DNA of 62,909 nucleotides, the filler included, from Octopus bimaculoides (taxonomy: Eukaryota), in the NCBI RefSeq assembly GCF_001194135.2. It is 12 parts of 12 records of this genome, joined end to end, with 100 filler letters (N's around TTAATTAATTAA, not from the genome) between each part and the next. Parts side by side here need not be neighbours in the genome. Positions count along the whole stretch, not along the records: positions 49,454 to 56,201 come from NC_068987.1; positions 56,302 to 57,534 come from NC_068988.1; positions 57,635 to 62,909 come from NC_068989.1; 9 more parts are not named here. One strand, 5' to 3'. Both the position numbers and the translations under genes were made by a program. The notes under the pieces were generated by a model. The model did not search any database and was not told the origin of the DNA. It worked only from the letters and a program-made list of their open reading frames with translations. Shown one piece after another: positions 50,596 through 62,909 of the stretch (positions within the stretch are counted from its first letter, which is position 1; every line of letters starts with the position of its first letter).

Positions 50596-50627
50596 TACAT
50601 ACATACATACATACATACATACATACA
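50491..50627. repeat. (CATA)n/(CA)n tract
   Basis: Direct inspection. Confidence 0.95.
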
Positions 50628-50913
50628 TGGTGGTGGTTGTCTACTCCTTACACAGAGTTTGACCACCTCCTGTACCTACACCTTAGCCCCTTCATGGCAT
50701 CTGATGTGGCTTTTTAAACCAGACAATGTTCTGAAAAAACACCCACACAGATTGTGACTCTGATTTGAACTACCAATAACTGCAGATAAGTTCTGCTCAT
50801 TGTGGATCTTAACATGTCTTTTAAGACCCCCATTGGATTTGCAAGCCTTCTGGCATACACTACATTCAAACGTGTGCACAGACATATAGTCAGAATAGTT
50901 GGTTGAAGTTTGT
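50628..50913 (-). mobile_element. LINE ORF2 C-terminus with two C2H2-like fingers, short UTR and (TATG)n tail
   Basis: FECSVCQKACKSNGGLKRHVKIH...HNLCGCFFRTLSGLKSHIRCHEGAKV*. Stop at 50676-50678, then ~50 nt to a simple-repeat tail. No TGEKP linkers. Confidence 0.55.
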
Positions 50914-51966
50914 NNNNNNNNNNNNNNNNNNNNNNNNNNNNNNNNNNNNNNNNNNNNNNNNNNNNNNNNNNNNNNNNNNNNNNNNNNNNNNNNNNNNNNN
51001 NNNNNNNNNNNNNNNNNNNNNNNNNNNNNNNNNNNNNNNNNNNNNNNNNNNNNNNNNNNNNNNNNNNNNNNNNNNNNNNNNNNNNNNNNNNNNNNNNNNN
51101 NNNNNNNNNNNNNNNNNNNNNNNNNNNNNNNNNNNNNNNNNNNNNNNNNNNNNNNNNNNNNNNNNNNNNNNNNNNNNNNNNNNNNNNNNNNNNNNNNNNN
51201 NNNNNNNNNNNNNNNNNNNNNNNNNNNNNNNNNNNNNNNNNNNNNNNNNNNNNNNNNNNNNNNNNNNNNNNNNNNNNNNNNNNNNNNNNNNNNNNNNNNN
51301 NNNNNNNNNNNNNNNNNNNNNNNNNNNNNNNNNNNNNNNNNNNNNNNNNNNNNNNNNNNNNNNNNNNNNNNNNNNNNNNNNNNNNNNNNNNNNNNNNNNN
51401 NNNNNNNNNNNNNNNNNNNNNNNNNNNNNNNNNNNNNNNNNNNNNNNNNNNNNNNNNNNNNNNNNNNNNNNNNNNNNNNNNNNNNNNNNNNNNNNNNNNN
51501 NNNNNNNNNNNNNNNNNNNNNNNNNNNNNNNNNNNNNNNNNNNNNNNNNNNNNNNNNNNNNNNNNNNNNNNNNNNNNNNNNNNNNNNNNNNNNNNNNNNN
51601 NNNNNNNNNNNNNNNNNNNNNNNNNNNNNNNNNNNNNNNNNNNNNNNNNNNNNNNNNNNNNNNNNNNNNNNNNNNNNNNNNNNNNNNNNNNNNNNNNNNN
51701 NNNNNNNNNNNNNNNNNNNNNNNNNNNNNNNNNNNNNNNNNNNNNNNNNNNNNNNNNNNNNNNNNNNNNNNNNNNNNNNNNNNNNNNNNNNNNNNNNNNN
51801 NNNNNNNNNNNNNNNNNNNNNNTATATATATATATACATACATACATACATACATACGTATGTCGTTGAAGACTTCTTTTGGCATTTTGTCCCGTACTTG
51901 TTCTCATTATGTGTTTGCGTATTTTTCACTCGTTGGTGATGTCCTGTTTTTATTGTATTTTATATT

Positions 51967-51997
<31 letters not shown>

Positions 51998-52214
51998 TAA
52001 TATTTCGCTTAGGCGGTGCGAGATTAATAACCTGGCGTAGAACTCAATACACGCATGCTTCAAAACGAAGTGTTAGACGAGTATAGAGCGGTAATAAGAA
52101 AATGTGATGACAAAGAAATAAATGGTTATTTTATGAACTTCATTAGCTTACAGCTGTTTCGATATAAGATGCAATAGACTCATAGTTGAGTGCCTGAATA
52201 ACACCTTATATATT

Positions 52215-52445
52215 TCTTGATTGCCCACAAGGGGCTAAAACATAGAGGGGACAAACAAGGACAGACAAAGGGATTAAGTCGATTACAGCGACCCCAGTGC
52301 GTAACTGGTACTTTATCTATCGACCCCGAAAGGATGAAAGGCAAAGTCGACCTCGGCGGAATTTGAACTCAAAACGTAACGCCAGACGAAATACCGCTAA
52401 GCATTTCTCCCGGCGCGCTAACGTTTCTGCCAGCTCGTCGCCTTT
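52215..52445 (-). mobile_element. SINE family B, full length, tail type 2
   Basis: gcccacaaggggctaaaacatagaggggacaaacaaggacagac...ctaacgtttctgccagctcgtcgcc. Confidence 0.8.
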
Positions 52446-53106
52446 ATAGCTTATAGCTTCATCGAAGCCTCGAATATATGAGCTGTTATTCAGGTCCTCA
52501 GCTATGAGTTCACTGCATTTTATAGCAAAAGAGTTGTGTGAGCTAACGAAGTTCTTAAGACAATCATTTATTCCTTTGCCATCTAATTTTTACACACACA
52601 CACACACATATCGGGTATGATTCGAGAGGTGTTTGGCTGCAATTTCTAGCATATCTGGTCATGAAGTAGCGGTTTCCTCGGTAGTGTATACGTTTATTTA
52701 TGTTTACATAAGGCTGTAGGATATGATTCAAGAAATGTTTCGCTGCTATTTTCAAGTCGAACGAACGTGTGGCTGCTTCCTCCTTGACTCATTTAACGTG
52801 CAATGAAAATCTTGGTAAAACATACAAGCACAGTTCTCTAATATATTTCAACGGTCGTTATGTAAACAACTTTAATTAAATATCTCTTAGTATACTAAGC
52901 ATTAAAAAACAAATAAACTGAGTAATATAAATGGACCTAGGTGAATTATCTCACCATTTCAGTGTAATTTCTTAGAAGATTTACCTGTTATTTCTTTTTT
53001 TTATATTTCTTGTTTATTTATCTTCTAGAGATGTTATACCTTTTACTTACACAATTCCGATGTAGGTAGTTTTAAATTATTGTAAAATCTAAACAAATAA
53101 TTTCGG

Positions 53107-53161
53107 CTATGTATATATAATAGTCTATGTATATATAATAGTGCTATGTATATATAATAGT
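53107..53161. repeat. 18-bp minisatellite x3 (ctatgtatatataatagt)
   Basis: Three exact units, one 1-nt spacer. Confidence 0.9.
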
Positions 53162-53634
53162 CGACAAAGAAAGAAAGAAAGAAAGAAAGAAAGCCAAACT
53201 ATTACACTGGTACTAAAATTTCCGTTTTATAGATGCCAAACGACGCAACGTTATATATGGGTGCAACAAGACAGATATGGAGTTTCGCCCATAAGTAGAT
53301 ACGGCGCCAGGCTTGGAAGCTTAGACAATCTTTTCTCGACTTATTTTCCAAGTGTTTACCTGGCGTCATTTTCTCAAAGATAACCTATGGGCGATCTTAC
53401 CATGGCATGAAGACTGTGGCTTTGTCTGTGATAGTTTTTAGGAGTTGTATTTCTTTGTTTTTGTTGTCTGTCACTATAGGTACGTACAACGAAAAATTGT
53501 CATATTTTCTAATTTTGGTTCAGGAACGGAGAAGCTGTTTCTGTTATTACTTGGTGTAGGGGAAGAGAAGGTGACGGACTTAATTCGTCTACCTTTTTAA
53601 ATTGCAATACTACCCCCCACCCTTACCTCTAGCG

Positions 53635-53893
53635 CAGTGGTTCTCAACAGGAGTCCATATTATCCTTGGGGGTTCATATAAGATTTTGTTGTTAAAATTT
53701 ATTTACCATAAATTGCTTATATTTTTACAATACACAAAATATTTTAACAATTTTTAAAAATATAATTCCTAATAATATTTAATTATAAAAATACAATAGG
53801 ATATTCTACAACATGGAATGGCTATGAAAGTCCACCCGAGTAAAACAGGGATCAAAGGATCCATAACAAAAAAAAAATGGTTGAGAAACATTG
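53635..53893. mobile_element. hAT (Charlie-like) MITE
   Basis: TIR CAGTGGTTCTCAAC / GTTGAGAAACATTG. 8-bp TSD CTCTAGCG / CTTTAGCG. Confidence 0.85.
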
Positions 53894-54584
53894 CTTTAGC
53901 GGTGTCCATTCAGCTGCAAGTTTCATCCCTGAATTCAAATAAAGAAATCTGTGATAGAGAGGGGAAAAGGTGGAAAAGGAGACCACCTCAAGATGAAAGG
54001 TCCATTTCAAAATGCGCAGTGAATCTTCTCCAAGCAGATAACATAACCAATGCGTAATCAGTACCTCAACCGTAACAAAAACAAAAACATCAGCATGAAT
54101 AACAAGAACAACAACAACATGAACGAAAACTTCAAATACAACAACAGTCACAATCACAGAAAGAAAGAGACAAAAGAAAAAGAAAAAACTGATCAGATCA
54201 ACAGCAAAATCGAAACACGGCAGAAGAAAACTCCATTAACGTCATCATAGTTCGAAAGAACAGCATCTAATAGATGGAGTAAGTTATCAAAAGAGTAAAA
54301 AGCAAAACAAAACAAAACAAAAAAACATTACCATTAGTTGAGGAAGCTTCCAAGAGCACCTCTTCAAAACTGCCAAAGATAGTCTTATAATTATCTGGGT
54401 ATACAAATGATTAAAAGAAAACATTCCATTTGCTGGTGGGCTTATTAGGAAGCTCCCGATAGAAATGTTTTGCAAAGGCCTTTTAAAAGATCCTACTTAA
54501 TCAACGACACGGTTGAATCAGACAACTTCATTGAAGAACAAGGCGAGTAACCTCTCACAATCTTCTTTTTTCTTTTATCATCCT

Positions 54585-55490
54585 GAGAACAAACATTGGG
54601 TGTATAAATGCGCGTGATCTACAACCAGCTTGGAAGCAAGGTTACTTGCTCAATGACCTCAGATAACAGGAAATAGATGTGGTAGCTACCAGTGAGACCA
54701 AGATCTTTGGAGCGCATGCACTCCCGCCTATTTTCAAAGACTATGAGATATCTTGTTGCCCGTCAAATTCGGACGGCTAGGTGGCAGTGTTACTCTGGAA
54801 ATTCTTATATCTCATGATATGAGCAATCTTTCAGGACCCAGACGGTAAGTCTATGGTCTCAGAACAACAGTGAAAGTGGTACCTTTAGATTAGTGATTGT
54901 CTATACTCTGAAAGAGACAAGACGACGAGATTTCTTCAGACGTCTAGAAACTTCTCTCAAGACGACCCAACCACTATTACAATTGAGAGAATGGAACAGT
55001 ATTTTAGGAGAAGTGAGAGAACGTGTAGGATTAGCGCAGGTTATAAACCATGAAAAAATTTCGAACACCTCCTCGGAAGTTTGTAACTGTCTAACAACTA
55101 CCCATTGGGAAATACTCTGGATTTCCCAATGTGGATATGAAACAACTATATCAGGTGATCCAGATCATGTTTAAATAGACTACTTTTTAGGCTAGTGTTT
55201 AGGGACAGCGTAAGACCTCCACAGGTCAAACTGGTCGGATTTATGACCCACAAATTTGTTATCTGCTCAGTCGACTAAGCTACGATCCGTAGACAGGGAC
55301 CGGATTACTGGTCGTTGGGTGTGTCCTAATCGGTGCAAAAAACTGCAGGGACCGGATAATTGGATTAGTTAAGCGACAGTTGACGACAACAATCGTCAAG
55401 AACCTGTAGTGGAAGACCCCGAAGTGGGCAATTAGATCAGAGTGTAGAAAAGAGCTAACGTTGGAGAGAAATAAGTAGTAGGGCGGAACT
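54585..55490 (+). pseudogene. Decayed Tx1/L1-clade LINE ORF2 APE endonuclease (53900-54580 possibly ORF1 remnant)
   Basis: IGCINARDL...LLNDLR*QEIDVVATSETK...VAVLL...IFQDPDGK / FRLVIVY...RDFFRRLE...WNSIL / DHKFV...GPDYW, with stops and frameshifts. Confidence 0.8.
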
Positions 55491-55533
55491 AGTTAGTAAT
55501 ATAGAAAAGGCTGTGACTCATGTGCTAGCTTCA

Positions 55534-55547
55534 AGATCATCATCATC

Positions 55548-55618
<71 letters not shown>

Positions 55619-55748
55619 GCCGCCGATGTCGACTTTGCTCTTCATCTTTTTGGGGTCGAGTAAATAAGTACCAGTTACGCACTGAGGTCGATGTGATCGT
55701 CTTAATCTCTTGCGCCAAATCTGAGACTTTGTGTTTCCAGTAGAATGA

Positions 55749-55804
<56 letters not shown>
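55534..55804. repeat. (ATC)n/(ATT)n arrays flanking a SINE fragment
   Basis: Direct inspection. Confidence 0.9.
55620..55745 (+). mobile_element. SINE family B fragment between (ATT)n arrays
   Basis: gtcgactttgctcttcatctttttggggtcgagtaaataagtaccagttacgcactgaggtcgatg. Confidence 0.65.
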
Positions 55805-55805
<1 letters not shown>

Positions 55806-56085
55806 GAGAGAGCAGTGCATGCCACCAAAGTTACACTGGGCTAAAATATACGACGCCCAATATACCCACTATGACTACCCATCTGATAAGGGTACACCAG
55901 ACACGTGCATCACAACCATATGTGAGCGACATGGTGATCTCATATCAAGATTAACAGCGCATCACCTTCCAGATGGGGCCTAGCTAGAATTTTCTTCAGG
56001 TCGAGTAGCCCATGCTGCCCAAAGGGTCCTTGAATAATGGTTGTTTAAGGATGTTGAACCAAACACCCATGTCTCCAGAAAGGAA
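55805..56085 (-). mobile_element. Second copy of the TAA-associated repeat, including its 3' end
   Basis: Minus end ...ggcatgcactgctctctc-aataataat. The same end is seen on + at 6620-6698. Confidence 0.65.
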
Positions 56086-56136
56086 TCATCGTGAGCCAAA
56101 TGCCCGATCCACTAAGCCACGCGCCTTCACTATATA

Positions 56137-56201
<65 letters not shown>

Positions 56202-56301
56202 NNNNNNNNNNNNNNNNNNNNNNNNNNNNNNNNNNNNNNNNNNNNTTAATTAATTAANNNNNNNNNNNNNNNNNNNNNNNNNNNNNNNNNNNNNNNNNNN
56301 N

Positions 56302-56542
56302 TTGCACAAGCATTTCTATAGCCAATTACACGGATGAAATTTACGTATGCTTAATAATTTTACGCAAAACAGCCTTCAGACTTTCCCTATTAATTTCATC
56401 GTCTTTTGAATTATGAACATATTTACATCATAAGGGTTTTTTTCGTTGTAAGGCTTTCTTTTTTAGTTGATTTTCAGCTAGCAAGACTTATTGTAGATGG
56501 CATAATAAGTCACACCCGGACAAGGTCGGGTTATACTGCTAG
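56302..56542 (+). mobile_element. Helitron 3' terminus
   Basis: Hairpin CCCG-gacaaggt-CGGG about 8 nt upstream of a CTAG terminus followed by T. Confidence 0.65.
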
Positions 56543-57180
56543 TATAATATAAAAAACCAGTAGTCCGAATACGTGATTTCAGATCTAATACACTCGATGA
56601 TCAACTGAAGGTAATGTTATTTACATGTGAATAAACTTTATTTTCTCACGAAAATTTGCTGTTGAAAACATTTAAATGTTCAACATTCAAAGCTGGAAGG
56701 CAGATGTTTGGGCGTTTCATATTTAATATTTAACCTCAACAAACAAACGTGTGAAATTTAAATTATCACTTACACAGAAAAAGTTTCAAATCAGTTTATC
56801 AAGGCCATACATACATATGTCTATACACGTATGACTCAGAAAAACTAAAACATTTATTAAGGTAAACTACATAGGATTCAAAACAAGAGGATTCGCTCCA
56901 TATTGTTTATGGATAGTTCTGTACTTGTTTAAGATAACACCTTCCTGCTTGTACCCTCCTCCTTCAGGATACTCGCGTGTAACCGCGAGACTTACCTGAG
57001 AGTTTCGTATTCATTAGATAATATTAACAACACATAGCTGAAATTTAATAAGTGGCACTACATTAAAATGACGAATAATAAAGAACGATTTGAAGATACA
57101 AATCGGTACTTAATGCAGTTATCACACGAACACAATATATGTATATGTATATATATATTTATATATATATATATATATAT

Positions 57181-57530
57181 ATGGGAGAATATACAAATAA
57201 TAACAACAGACGAGGACAGGTGGTGTAAATAACAAAAGTATATATTAGTATGACGCTCGGGAATACGGAAAGTCTTTGACGTTTCGAGCTACGCTCTTCA
57301 ACAGAAAGAATACGGAGACAAGGAGAAAAACACGGAGAAAAAAAATTGAATAGTGTTCAGTCAACGGTCAATCATAATAATGGCCGATCATAACAATGAC
57401 TGACCGGAAGTTAGAAATTCTTATTTCAGGAGAGCTAAGAAAGGGGGAGATAACAAACGGTGATCGGGAACGAGGGGCTGTGTGTGGGAAGTAGAATGCT
57501 GGTGATCTTGACGTATGTAGTGTGAAAATG
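57181..57530 (-). mobile_element. Penelope-like element terminal fragment (third family)
   Basis: Contains the CUGUUGA hammerhead. Non-microsatellite segment between an (AT)n tract and a gap. Confidence 0.5.
57273..57309 (-). ncRNA. Minimal hammerhead-like motif with variant core (CUGUUGA)
   Basis: Minus strand TCTTT CTGTTGA A GAGC-GTA-GCTC GAAA CGTC AAAGA. Perfect 5-bp stem I, 4-bp stem II, GUC triplet, A6U core change. Confidence 0.65.
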
Positions 57531-60349
57531 GGGANNNNNNNNNNNNNNNNNNNNNNNNNNNNNNNNNNNNNNNNNNNNTTAATTAATTAANNNNNNNNNN
57601 NNNNNNNNNNNNNNNNNNNNNNNNNNNNNNNNNNTGTGTGTGTGTGTGTGTGTGTGTAAGCAGAAAAGTAAAATTGTTACAAAACGAACAGAATGGAAAA
57701 TATGAAATGCACGAATCATGTTTAAAAATGACCCTGGTGACAGTGAACCTCTTTATAGAATGAACAAGCAGTAGTATAGGCACTACATTGATATTCAAAA
57801 CAACTCGGTAAAACATATATTTGTATATCTGATAATAATATTTTGCTGTAACTGAAAATACTTCACAAACTTTTTTTACGTAACCGGTCTGTCAGAGAGG
57901 AAGAGTTTAGTTTATAAAATAAATTACAAATATGTATAAATGGTGTAGAAATTAAAACTTAATGGTATCATCATATAAGCAATAAAAGTTGATTGGACAG
58001 AGCATTATTATTACACTAAATAACTGAAATCTGTTGGATGAAAAGCTACTGATCGTAACAATAAAACCGTAAGCATTAAAAACGAGTCGAAAATGAATTT
58101 TAAAAGATGGATAATATAAACCATCTACACTTGTGGAAACAAGTACGAAAATACAGCAATCGCAAAAGGAGTTTTAGAAATTAAGCACACACACACACAC
58201 ATACATACACACACAGAGAAATTAAGCACACGCACACTCACACATACATACGATCTAAAGTTTTCATATAACAACAAACTATAGCATACCCGAAACAACT
58301 TCCCTTTCACTCTATATGAAACCATTGGTCGCTATACACTTAATCTTTTGGGTTTCAGCTATCTAAGCAAAAGGAAAATATGTACCATGAGAACAGCAGA
58401 TCTAGTAAGTGTGATGACAATTAGATCTCGTATGTGTCCATCCTGTGAAGCGAGAAATCAGATAGAATTTTATCCGTTGCATACGGAAACATAGATCAAT
58501 AAAATGGATCGAATTCGTGAACAGAAGAACCTAGAAAAATCCCGAAACCATCTTCTGTAATAATAAATGTAGAGTGTACCTCATATACTTGAATAATTTC
58601 AAACTGCAATGCTCATCGATCCTCCAACCCTAGGTGAACTAATCCCAAAATACAACTTTAGGGAAGCACTACACGAAAGGAAGCTGAATATCAGTTATAG
58701 AAACACAACAATCAAAGCGAAACAAAACAAAAACGAAGCTGATCCAGCAAACCGTTGTGTAATGTATACTCCTCAAAATGAAAAAAAACAAAGGAAAACT
58801 GTATTGACAACATCAGAGAGTAAATAACTATACCGCAGATAAGCTTCAGCTATAGGGATGTCATGTAGATCATGATGATCCTGTTAGAGCAGTATAAGCA
58901 CACACCACAATCTGTATAGGAGAATTAGCTCACAATATGGGTGAATATGCCAGGGGGCATTAAATAAATACAGTGAAAAATAAATTGGTAGATATCCATA
59001 CTTTTTTCAACATGCCAGGTAGATGCATAATAAATAAATAAATAAATAATATTGAGATAAAATTGTTTCCACGCATCAAAGCTCTCGACACATTGACTAG
59101 CCACAGAAGTAGTCCGTACACCTGTTAAAAGATTCTAAAATCACTCACACTTTCAACGGAATGAATAAATGCAGTAATATGACAACCACCACCACACACT
59201 GCTATAGTAATGTTAAGATGAAAAATAAGCTAAGATTAAAGTTGTCCATACTGCACAATTATACATAAAACACAAACACATATAAGACCACAAACTCACA
59301 CATTTACAACTGACCAAGTAAATAAACATATAGGTACTTATGCTACAACCAGCAAAAATATAAACAATCAAGCGTAAACAAAAATAATAGAGAATACAAA
59401 ATATTAACTCGACAACGTGCTCCATGCTTGATAGCATAATATAAACAACAAAGAAAATCAATTGAAGAATATAAAAACCATTGGAAAAATCACAGTAACG
59501 TGACGAAAAATTTTAGATGAGTATTTTAATATTAAAGTATAACTGAAGTAAGCACCAGTCAGTGTATGTGACTACTGGCAGTTTAATCTAGTAAAGTACA
59601 ACAATACTAATGTTTCGACAATTATTTTTACACCAGAACTCTTGCAAAAGATATTCAAAAATATGTACATCTTAAAAATTGTTTGACGCTTAATAAACTG
59701 TAAGATATGAACAAACGTATACTCTAAACCTAGTTATTTTTCTTGTCTGTGTAGATAAATGAGATAACTAAAATGTAAAACATAACATTAAAGTTGAAAT
59801 TTACACGGAAAAGCCACAAAAATTTCAAACCTTTCTTTGTTTGATTTGGCAGCATATCAATGTCTCTTGTAGATGAAACTATTAAATAAACTCCAGCAAT
59901 TGACTGAAGGTGTGGCTTTATTGATTTCGGAGGAAAAAACAGGCATTTTACATTTAAGTAAAGAACATTGAGCTATAAATCTAAAAACATAAAAGTATTT
60001 TAAAAGATATAAATTTAATGATTTAGGAGAATAACAGTAGCCTCCCCTTTTGGCTTTATTCAAGGCGACTGAGACTGGTGTTAATGTTAGGGAGGGAAGA
60101 AAATTATTCTCAGACCGAAATATATTCCGAAAACTTGCAACAGAGTTGACAATTAAGTTACCTGAGAATAAGGTGTGGTTATTAAATAAGGTGACGGATT
60201 AAGGCCATCAACCAACAACAGGAATGGTGTTTTCGATCTGCTTTCATAGTTTCCAACTTAACAATTTCACTCACACCGCTTGCAGTCCTAACACTTTAGT
60301 GATATCAATGACGATGTTCTAGACTGAGATGGAAATAATATCTATAACT

Positions 60350-60738
60350 GGAGGCACAATAGCCCAATGGTTAGGGAAGCGGACTCGTGGTCATAGGATC
60401 GCGGTTTCGATTCCCAGACAAGGCGTTGTGAGTGTTTATTGAGCGAAAACACCTAAAGCTCCACAAGGCTCTGGCAGGGGATGGTGGCAAACCCTGCTGT
60501 ACTCTTTCACCACAACTTTCTCTCACTCTTACTTCCTGTTTCTGTTGTGCCTGTAATTGAAAGGGTCAGCCTTGTCACACTGTGTCACGCTGAATATCCC
60601 CGAGAACTACGTTAAGGGTACACGTGTCTGTGGAGTGCTCAGCCACTTGCACGTTAATTTCACGAGCAGGATGTTCCGTTGATCGGATCAACTTGAACTC
60701 TCGTCGTCGAAACCGACGGAGTACCAACAACAACAATA
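60350..60738 (+). mobile_element. tRNA-derived SINE family C, full length
   Basis: Colinear with 8985-9365, (CAA)n tail. Confidence 0.8.
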
Positions 60739-61565
60739 TCCATGAATCTGCAAAGTCACGTTTTAAATGGCACGCCCATGACTGCGTCTATTTTTTTCTG
60801 ACTTTTTTTGTCAACTTACTGATACCGCTGAAACTTATTGATTTATCGCATTAACATAATTCGTCATGTATAATTCTATTGTTTTTTTTCGTTTTAGATA
60901 TTTCTTACAAGACTTACGTAAAAAAAAAAACAGTGGGGTTATTCAAGCAGAAAAAAAACAAAACAAAAGCAACTCAAACCCATACAAGGAAAAGACAACC
61001 AAAATAACTGAGGTGAATATAACATCACGGATATATAACCATAACAAGGCCATATGGAGATCAGTACAAATCAGAAGAAAACAAAAATAATAATTGTAGA
61101 AAATCTCATAAGTAAAACACGATGTAGTATACACCAGAGTATATTTAGCAGGGAGAGCACATTAGCAGAAAACTATCCCCAAAATAACTAACATATATAT
61201 TCCCATGCAAAAAAGTTGGTTAAATGTTAAAATACATGAATACATTATATAGGAAAATAGTCTCCCATCTTTATAAATAATGAACATTAGATGAGAAATA
61301 AATGGTTCACTCAGAATTTGTAAGTAGTTGCTACGAATATCACCTACGAGACTGGTATCTGTGATGACGTTAACAAATGAAAATGCAGCTACTAGGAATA
61401 TTGTATAATCTTGTATTCTTTTAATCGTTTCAAGCCATTGGAGTGGGTTCTTTTGTTGCTCATGGCGACACCAGAGCGTATTACATTGAGGTCACAGTTA
61501 CGGAACATAAAGCGATTCGAAATTATCACACTCAAGGACACACACATGCATATACCAGTATGTAA

Positions 61566-61605
<40 letters not shown>

Positions 61606-61774
61606 GTCTGTCTGTCTATATACATAGATATACTTATACACGGGGAGGGGGAAAAATGAGGTATATAGTAAGAATCACATCAATGTTATAATACTTAATT
61701 CATTAAAATTGTTAGCACATTAAATTAGTTATCCTAATTTTTGATATTTTCAGTGTCATTTAAGCAAAACAGAC

Positions 61775-61895
61775 CGAGAGGATAAGTACGAGGTTTAAAG
61801 AAATAAAATTTCTGGGGTCGATTTGTTCGACTAAAACCCTTCAAGGCGGTGCTCTAGCATGGTCGCAGTCAAATGACTGAAGAAAGTAAAATAAT
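61775..61895 (+). mobile_element. SINE family A, 3' end
   Basis: ctggggtcgatttgttcgactaaaacccttcaaggcggtgctctagcatggtcgcagtcaaatgactgaa. Confidence 0.65.
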
Positions 61896-61897
61896 AA

Positions 61898-61932
<35 letters not shown>

Positions 61933-62365
61933 NNNNNNNNNNNNNNNNNNNNNNNNNNNNNNNNNNNNNNNNNNNNNNNNNNNNNNNNNNNNNNNNNNNN
62001 NNNNNNNNNNNNNNNNNNNNNNNNNNNNNNNNNNNNNNNNNNNNNNNNNNNNNNNNNNNNNNNNNNNNNNNNNNNNNNNNNNNNNNNNNNNNNNNNNNNN
62101 NNNNNNNNNNNNNNNNNNNNNNNNNNNNNNNNNNNNNNNNNNNNNNNNNNNNNNNNNNNNNNNNNNNNNNNNNNNNNNNNNNNNNNNNNNNNNNNNNNNN
62201 NNNNNNNNNNNNNNNNNNNNNNNNNNNNNNNNNNNNNNNNNNNNNNNNNNNNNNNNNNNNNNNNNNNNNNNNNNNNNNNNNNNNNNNNNNNNNNNNNNNN
62301 NNNNNNNNNNNNNNNNNNNNNNNNNNNNNNNNNNNNNNNNNNNNNNNNNNNNNNNNNNNNNNNNN

Positions 62366-62410
<45 letters not shown>

Positions 62411-62751
62411 TGAATAGCGACTGACGCAGTGTTAGTTTAAATTAAGAATCTGCACATCATACATGAAGCACATATATTGTTGAAGCCGGATAACTGCAAT
62501 ATTCGTCTCGGGAGAGCATCTTTTATAGATGTATACTGTAAAAACACAGAAATATATGTGTATCTCATTCACATTTTCTGTTTATCATACTTCCTTACTG
62601 AATTTCTTTTTCATGTACTCTTTTGTATTTAAACTGTTTCTGTCTTTCTCTCATCTTTTCATTTTCTAGATAGCAAGGAAATTGTGACACTACTGATGAC
62701 GTGAAGGTATTTATCATGTACGGCTTTCAGTACTCCGTCGAACTTAGAACG

Positions 62752-62806
<55 letters not shown>

Positions 62807-62909
62807 GTCCCCTCTGTGTGCAGCCCTGTGTGGCTAATAAAAGAAAGTTATCTATATATGTATATATATACATATATGTATGTATATATATATATATGTG
62901 CATATATAT

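Noticed and set aside
1170-57590. Recurrent TTAATTAATTAA palindrome (11 copies), superficially a regularly spaced motif or array
   Set aside because: Always embedded in N runs (N44-12-N44 where counted). It is an artificial scaffolding linker with six-frame stops.
2162-62424. Long ORFs (130-417 aa) in the supplied track
   Set aside because: They run through N gaps and (TA)n/(CA)n/(TATG)n tracts. YIYI, HTHT and MYVC peptides are microsatellite translations.
1-62909. CRISPR arrays, rRNA, intact tRNA genes, prokaryotic operons
   Set aside because: No repeat-spacer periodicity or rRNA-like sequence. tRNA-like boxes belong to SINE heads.

Overview
Repeat-dense, AT-rich, gap-rich eukaryotic sequence, almost certainly an Octopus (coleoid cephalopod) draft assembly. 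The organism call is inferred from the tRNA-derived SINE and RTE-LINE families, the extreme microsatellite load and the TTAGGG repeats. Nearly all ORFs in the supplied track are microsatellite or N-gap artefacts. One host coding exon is clearly recognisable: 45937-46041 (-), EFQTKMERLQQRRGELERKELQLKESLEKFDKFLK, CFAP73/CCDC42 (DUF4200) family. Its neighbouring exons were not found and may lie in gaps. The rest is a transposon mosaic: four SINE families, RTE 3' ends, an R4/Dong-like REL-endonuclease LINE end in TAA repeats, a decayed Tx1/L1 endonuclease, a C2H2-tipped LINE end, Mariner and hAT MITEs, Helitron/Helentron ends and a probable LTR. The most interesting signals are (i) three different Penelope-type minimal hammerhead ribozyme motifs, all on the minus strand, (ii) a 576-bp foldback element with a 6-bp TSD and a telomere-repeat palindrome/G-quadruplex near its centre, (iii) a 64-bp Merlin-like micro-MITE with an 8-bp TSD nested in a SINE, (iv) closely spaced inverted retroposon pairs that could be dsRNA/ADAR substrates, and (v) a hairpin-bounded micro-inversion in a SINE. 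No CRISPR, rRNA or intact tRNA gene, and no evidence for a novel multi-gene system. Repeat boundaries are approximate unless a TSD or TIR is quoted.
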